Shown here one piece after another: positions 6,156 to 9,902 of a DNA stretch of 9,902 bases. The notes under the pieces are model-generated. The model was not told where the DNA came from, ran no database searches, and saw only the letters and a list, made by a program, of their open reading frames with translations. Positions within the stretch are counted from its first letter, which is position 1, and each line of letters starts with the position of its first letter. The translations under genes and the position numbers were made by a program. Origin of the DNA: Candidatus Iainarchaeum sp. GTDB lineage: Archaea; Iainarchaeota; Iainarchaeia; Iainarchaeales; CSSED10-239. The stretch lies in NCBI GenBank assembly GCA_028693335.1, contig JAQUVR010000020.1:1-9902 (forward strand), given 5' to 3'.

Positions 6156-7352
6156 TTATTTTCCAGAAATAATTTCAATTACGTCGTTGTTTTTTAGTAA
6201 ATGTTCTTTACCAAGAAGCATTTTTGTTTTAACATCAACAGCTTTTATAAAATTATTACCAAAATCAGTATGTAATTTATAAGCAAAATCTAAAGTTGTT
6301 GACTTAGGGGGCATTAAAAAACAATCTGGCAAAACATTTCCATTTTTGTCTTTTAGGCTTTTAGTTCCTCCAGGGTATATTGCCATATATTTTAATACCT
6401 CAAATGCTACAAAATCCACAATTTCTTGGACGCCAGTAGATTTGTGTTTATCTAATATGTTTTTTTGAATAAATTTTAATGCTTCTAATTGTTTTTCAGG
6501 TATGTCCTCTTTTAATATTTTAAAAGAATTTGATCCTGGTAAATATTCAACAATTTTATTTTTGTCTGCTGACTTTAAAGCAAGTTCTGCTTCAGCACAG
6601 CAACCAATTATTTTTATATTTGGAAATTTCTCTTTAATTTCATCTAATTTTTTATTATTTGTTAATAAATCTATTTTGTTTGCTGCAATAACTATTGGTT
6701 TAGTTTTTTCTCTAATTTTTTTAGTGAAATTTAATAATTCTGTTTCACTCCAAGAGAGAACATCTTTATCCTGTAGATTTAAACTTTTTAATGATTGATC
6801 TAATATTTCTTCATTAACGCCCATTCCACTCATAAAAGACAAAAGGGTATTTAATGTTTTTATTTTTCTAACTTGTTGTTCTCTTCCAAGCTTTTCGAAA
6901 TTCTTTTTAAATATTCCAAGTAGCCAAGTTTCTATTTCAGTCAATAAAAAATCAATTTCATTTGCTGGATCATAACTACCTAAGGGAACTGGTCTTCCTT
7001 CTTCATCAGTAGATCCAGAAATATCTATTACTTGTATTAATGCTTGTGCTTGATATAAATCGGTTAAAAATTTATTACCAAGACCTCTTCCTTCACTAGC
7101 CCCTGGAACTAGTCCAGCAACATCAATAATATCTACTGGTATAAATCTTATATGTTCTTTACAAAATCCATGTCTTGGGTTACATTGAGTATTAAAAAAA
7201 CTATCAACACAATTATTTCTAACAAAACCAATACCTTTATTTGGATCTATTGTAGTAAATGGATAATTTGCTGATTCTGCATCCATTAATGTTAATGCCT
7301 TAAAAAATTTAGTTTTTCCTTTATTGGGTGCGCCCACTAATCCTATCATCAT
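6156..7352 (-). CDS. Obg-family (YchF/DRG-related, MJ1332-type) GTP-binding protein with a C-terminal TGS domain
   Basis: The ORF is 398 aa. Motifs seen are G1 GAPNKGKT (nt 7311-7334), G2 YPFTTIDPN, G3 DVAGLVPGASEGRGLGNKFL and G4 NKID. G4 is the GTP-specific NKxD, not the NxxE of bacterial YchF. The C-terminus DFAYKLHTDFGNNFIKAVDVKT...DVIEI is typical of a TGS domain. Confidence 0.9.
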   Translation of the reverse strand: MMIGLVGAPNKGKTKFFKALTLMDAESANYPFTTIDPNKGIGFVRNNCVDSFFNTQCNPRHGFCKEHIRFIPVDIIDVAGLVPGASEGRGLGNKFLTDLYQAQALIQVIDISGSTDEEGRPVPLGSYDPANEIDFLLTEIETWLLGIFKKNFEKLGREQQVRKIKTLNTLLSFMSGMGVNEEILDQSLKSLNLQDKDVLSWSETELLNFTKKIREKTKPIVIAANKIDLLTNNKKLDEIKEKFPNIKIIGCCAEAELALKSADKNKIVEYLPGSNSFKILKEDIPEKQLEALKFIQKNILDKHKSTGVQEIVDFVAFEVLKYMAIYPGGTKSLKDKNGNVLPDCFLMPPKSTTLDFAYKLHTDFGNNFIKAVDVKTKMLLGKEHLLKNNDVIEIISGK

Positions 7353-7358
7353 ATATAA

Positions 7359-8507
7359 TCATTTTAATCCATATTGATTATTTGCAAATTTAGTAATTGA
7401 TTTGATTTCAACAAGGTTCTCTTTAATTAGTTTATTTACTAAATATCTTGCGCCTTGTCTAGTCATTTTTAATTTTTCTGATAATTCATTTACTGTTAAA
7501 TTTGTATTTTTCAGTTCATATAATATTTTTTCTTTGTTACCTTTTATATATCTTTTTGGTTTATTTTGTCTTTTTATAAATTGTTTTATTTTATCGCCTT
7601 TAAAACCCAAATCAATTTCAGGATATTCTTTTAATAAATTACAATAATCAGCATAGAATTTGCCTAATCTTTTAGATAGAATATATAAACAAAATATTCC
7701 TTCTTTTCCTGGTTTTATTGTGCTTATATAATTTAAGTCATTACATAGATTATGTAAATCTGTAATTAATTCTTTGTTTTTTAATCTTATTATAATTAAA
7801 TCTGAATCTATGTGTCCTTCATCTATAATAATTCCAATTAAAAATGCTAACTTGTGTTTCCAATTTTTATTAAATAAGGCTATCGGTATTCTTGCGGTTT
7901 CTGATTTAAAACTATTTGTATTTAAGTTATATATTTTAAAAAACCACTCAGAACAAGTAACAGGAGAATATATTTTAGTTGTTTTATCATTTTGGATATA
8001 ATCTTTTTTATAAATTACATTTCCAAAAATACTCTCGATTTTTTTAAGATATAAAAATCTATATTTTTTATTAAATTGACGATATCCAAAATAAGGAGTT
8101 CTGTTTTTACCATTTATTACAGTTCCGTCTCCAATGTGGTGAGCAATAAGCATATCAAATACTGGGGTTATTTTTATTGGCAATTTTGGATTAATTATCA
8201 TATTTTTGCCTTTTCTACTTTTATAGGCTATAATGTTTTTTTGTAATTGTTTATTCGAAATATTTAATATTTTACAAAGAGACAATATTATTTCTAGATC
8301 TATAAAAGATTTGTGTGCTTTTTTTAATTTGACACAGAAAGTAGAAAAAGGGCAATTTGTATATTTTAATAATTTTTTATAGATTTTTTTTTTATTTTTA
8401 TATTTTTCAGATATTTTTTTATTTATGAGTAATAAAAAAGCTTTTTCTAATTTTATATTTATTTTTCCCTCAAATTCCCAAATATTTACTATATAAGAAT
8501 TTTTCAT
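7359..8507 (-). CDS. Free-standing double-motif LAGLIDADG homing-endonuclease-like protein with a C-terminal winged-helix DNA-binding domain
   Basis: The ORF is 382 aa. Two LAGLIDADG-type motifs lie about 100 aa apart: MLIAHHIGDGTV (nt 8118-8153) and LAFLIGIIIDEGHI (nt 7809-7850). Both keep the acidic residue (D and E). The C-terminus LTVNELSEKLKMTRQGARYLVNKLIKENLVEI (about nt 7392-7532) looks like a MarR/ArsR-type wHTH. The gene is not embedded in an intron or an intein host gene. Confidence 0.8.
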   Translation of the reverse strand: MKNSYIVNIWEFEGKINIKLEKAFLLLINKKISEKYKNKKKIYKKLLKYTNCPFSTFCVKLKKAHKSFIDLEIILSLCKILNISNKQLQKNIIAYKSRKGKNMIINPKLPIKITPVFDMLIAHHIGDGTVINGKNRTPYFGYRQFNKKYRFLYLKKIESIFGNVIYKKDYIQNDKTTKIYSPVTCSEWFFKIYNLNTNSFKSETARIPIALFNKNWKHKLAFLIGIIIDEGHIDSDLIIIRLKNKELITDLHNLCNDLNYISTIKPGKEGIFCLYILSKRLGKFYADYCNLLKEYPEIDLGFKGDKIKQFIKRQNKPKRYIKGNKEKILYELKNTNLTVNELSEKLKMTRQGARYLVNKLIKENLVEIKSITKFANNQYGLK

Positions 8508-8527
8508 TATTTATCTTGTTTATTAGA

Positions 8528-8537
8528 TTTATATAAT
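8528..8537 (-). promoter_or_regulatory. Candidate TATA box for the LAGLIDADG-GTPase transcription unit (leaderless geometry)
   Basis: TTTATATAAT (palindrome-like) is centred about 26 nt upstream of the ATG at 8507. No SD is evident. Confidence 0.3.
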
Positions 8538-8722
8538 AATTAAATTTATTGATTTAATTTTTTAAGCTATTTTTTTAATTGCAAAATATTTTAACCAGTT
8601 AAAGATTTTCCAACAATTCCTATTAACACAATTAATCACAAAAGTTATAATTTTTAAATAATTAGTATTTATATAATATATATAATAATAGAAAACAATA
8701 TAAAAAGATAGAGATCTTAAAA

Positions 8723-9433
8723 ATGTCAAAACCAAAAATAAATAGAATACAATTAAGACAGCATTATTTAGATATAGCTGGTTTTGAAAAAAAAGAATCT
8801 ATGTTTGTGAAAGTTCCTGGAGAAAAAGAACTTGTTGATATTTCTTTTAAAAGAAAAAGAAATAATATCCAGATGAATAATAAAAAATTTAAAGCACATA
8901 TAAGAGAAATGTGTCAAAAATTAGGAATAACCCCTGAAGAATATGGAAAAAGATTAACCATCATACACACACATAGATTTGATGGATCTAAAAAAAAATT
9001 GAAAGAGAATTACCCATTAACTTTATTTAGTATAGCTGATTTTGCAGATTTTTTTGCAAATCATTTAATTTTTAATACCAGAAAAGAGATTTCTGTTTTA
9101 TATGATATTAATAAAAGAGAACCAATGGGTTATACTTTTATTAGTCTAAGAGAACCACTATTAGGAATTTTAAAGAAACTAAAAATTAAAGCATCAACTC
9201 TAAAACCATTTTTAGAACAAAAAAATGGCCTGGCGTTATATTCTGAATTTCTTTTAGCAATTGATGAATATGAAAATAATTTTTTAAAAAGACTTAGAAA
9301 AAAAGATCCAAATTTAGATTCTAGTGTAGCAAGGTATCTTTTAGCTCAAGAATTAGGAATAAATTTAAGATTTTTGGCTGAAGAAAATTATTATTTAGAT
9401 AAAAATGATCTTTGGTTTCATAAAAAGAGCTAA
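8723..9433 (+). CDS. Hypothetical protein (236 aa orphan) with an HxH...SxxD motif
   Basis: This is a clean ORF with a TATA-like element (8667-8678) 45-55 nt upstream. The only motif I noticed is LTIIHTHRF-(x14)-LFSIADF, which is reminiscent of a JAB/MPN metalloprotease but has non-canonical spacing. Confidence 0.75.
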   Translation: MSKPKINRIQLRQHYLDIAGFEKKESMFVKVPGEKELVDISFKRKRNNIQMNNKKFKAHIREMCQKLGITPEEYGKRLTIIHTHRFDGSKKKLKENYPLTLFSIADFADFFANHLIFNTRKEISVLYDINKREPMGYTFISLREPLLGILKKLKIKASTLKPFLEQKNGLALYSEFLLAIDEYENNFLKRLRKKDPNLDSSVARYLLAQELGINLRFLAEENYYLDKNDLWFHKKS

Positions 9434-9435
9434 TT

Positions 9436-9447
9436 GATTTTTTTATT
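9436..9447 (+). terminator. Oligo-T tract (archaeal-type terminator) after the 236-aa ORF
   Basis: A T7 run at 9438-9444 begins 5 nt after the TAA at 9431-9433. Archaeal RNA polymerase terminates at oligo-dT tracts. Confidence 0.4.
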
Positions 9448-9618
9448 GCGTATATTTTTGTGATATTAATGCTTTTAAATGGCTTTAATCTTTAAAATAA
9501 AGTCAAAAGTTGCTTTTAATTTCAAAATAACGGTAATTAAGGCAAAAAAGATAAAAAAAGAAAGATTATTGCTTTTTTTTAAAAACAAAGCAAAAAACAG
9601 CCAAATCTGACAGATCTA

Positions 9619-9626
9619 TTTATAAA
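9619..9626 (+). promoter_or_regulatory. Candidate TATA box for the 23S rRNA transcription unit
   Basis: TTTATAAA is preceded by the short palindrome ATCTGaCAGAT (9604-9614). It lies about 175 nt upstream of the recognisable 23S 5' end. A start site about 25 nt downstream would fall just before the 9649-9676 hairpin. Confidence 0.3.
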
Positions 9627-9648
9627 CCTTGTGGTGCATATTTTATTT

Positions 9649-9676
9649 ATTCCCTCTAAACTTTTTTAGAAGGAAT
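9649..9676 (+). other. Stem-loop in the putative pre-23S leader
   Basis: ATTCCCTCTAAA (9649-9660) pairs with TTTAGAAGGAAT (9665-9676), giving 12 bp with one C/A mismatch and the tetraloop CTTT. It is relatively GC-containing for this region. Confidence 0.4.
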
Positions 9677-9799
9677 TTGACCGTTTTTTACAAAACACAT
9701 TTACGGGATGAAAGAGTTGGTATTAGTTTGCACTACGTGTAAAAGTAATCATTAAGGTAATTATTCTAAAATATGTGATTTCTTACACAAAACTTTGAT

Positions 9800-9902
9800 T
9801 TTATATAGAGCCAATTAATGGATAACTTGGCTTGTAGACCGATGAAGAGCGTGGCAAGCTGCGATAAGCTTGGGGTAGGCGCATGCAGCCTTTGATCCCA
9901 AG
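9800..9902 (+). rRNA. rrl: 23S (LSU) rRNA, 5' end only. It runs off the window, and the 5' boundary is approximate to about +/-10 nt.
   Basis: AATGGATAACTTGGCTTGTAGACCGATGAAGAGCGTGGCAAGCTGCGATAAGCTTGGGGTAGGCGCATGCAGCCTTTGATCCCAAG matches the universally conserved 23S domain I start (GGUGGAUxxCUxGGC...GAUGAAGGACGUG..AAGCUGCGAUAAGCC..GGGGAG.CGCA....GC.UUGAxCC). It has the archaeal-type CAAGCUGCGAUAAGC rather than the bacterial CUAAUCUGCGAUAAGC. Confidence 0.9.

Noticed and set aside
6502-6798. 98-aa plus-strand ORF inside the GTPase gene
   Set aside because: It is antisense to a gene with unambiguous G1-G4 and TGS motifs and has no features of its own.
7402-8001. Two plus-strand ORFs (81 and 75 aa) inside the LAGLIDADG gene
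   Set aside because: They are antisense to the long ORF that carries both LAGLIDADG motifs and the wHTH. Their Phe/Leu/Ile-rich translations are the mirror of Lys/Asn-rich coding sequence.
7359-8507. The LAGLIDADG ORF as an intron- or intein-encoded homing endonuclease
   Set aside because: There is no flanking rRNA or tRNA exon sequence and no host-protein extein or Hint splicing blocks (no N-terminal Cys/Ser start block and no C-terminal HN). The ORF has its own start and stop and is flanked by ordinary genes.
9434-9799. A tRNA (e.g. spacer tRNA-Ala) or 5S rRNA upstream of the 23S
   Set aside because: I could not find a GTTCGAATC-type T-arm, an acceptor-stem complementarity or a cloverleaf. 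The region is too AT-rich and lacks the conserved tRNA or 5S boxes.
9799-9808. TTTTATATAG as the 23S promoter TATA box
   Set aside because: Alignment with the conserved 23S start (GGUGGAU begins about 18-24 nt into mature 23S) places this string inside or at the very 5' end of the mature rRNA. It is too close to serve as its promoter.
1-9902. CRISPR array, transposase/IS element, integrase, or long direct or inverted DNA repeats
   Set aside because: I saw no regularly spaced repeats of 24-40 nt, no terminal inverted repeats flanking a gene, and no transposase or integrase-like ORF. The only duplications are the two ancient tandem gene pairs, which are conserved mainly at the protein level.
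1-9902. Bacterial (e.g. CPR) origin, suggested by the low GC content, SD sites and hairpin-type terminators
   Set aside because: The 23S 5' sequence has the archaeal CAAGCUGCGAUAAGC signature. The GTPase is the NKxD + TGS archaeal type. The kinase domain resembles archaeal UPF0200. Promoter geometry looks TATA-based and leaderless. An archaeal origin is favoured, but it was not verified by any search.

Overview
This is a very AT-rich, densely coding window. It is almost certainly from a small-genome archaeon and looks DPANN-like. Three things support this: the last ~100 nt are an archaeal-type 23S rRNA 5' end, several genes belong to archaeal-type families, and TATA-like elements sit ~26 nt upstream of some start codons. 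There are eleven plausible protein genes in three blocks. The first block is on the plus strand (4-4544). It holds a small TM protein, a DUF6159-like polytopic membrane protein, a 140-aa orphan, two tandem paralogous ~300-aa proteins, and a nucleotide-kinase/dCMP-deaminase fusion. The two paralogs carry a protein-kinase-like catalytic-loop motif in which the catalytic Asp is replaced by His. The second block is on the minus strand (8507-4545). It holds a free-standing double-motif LAGLIDADG protein with a C-terminal winged helix, an Obg-family GTPase with a TGS domain, and two tandem paralogous zinc-dependent phospholipase C / P1-nuclease-like proteins. The third block is a 236-aa orphan (8723-9433), a ~365-nt leader, and the start of a 23S rRNA gene with no 16S or tRNA upstream. 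No CRISPR array, tRNA, transposase or long DNA repeat was seen. The best candidate for something new is the tightly packed cassette at 1187-4544 (orphan, two degenerate kinase-like paralogs, kinase-deaminase fusion). The tandem PLC-like pair and the LAGLIDADG-wHTH gene next to the rRNA locus come second. All family assignments come from motif recognition by eye. No searches were run.
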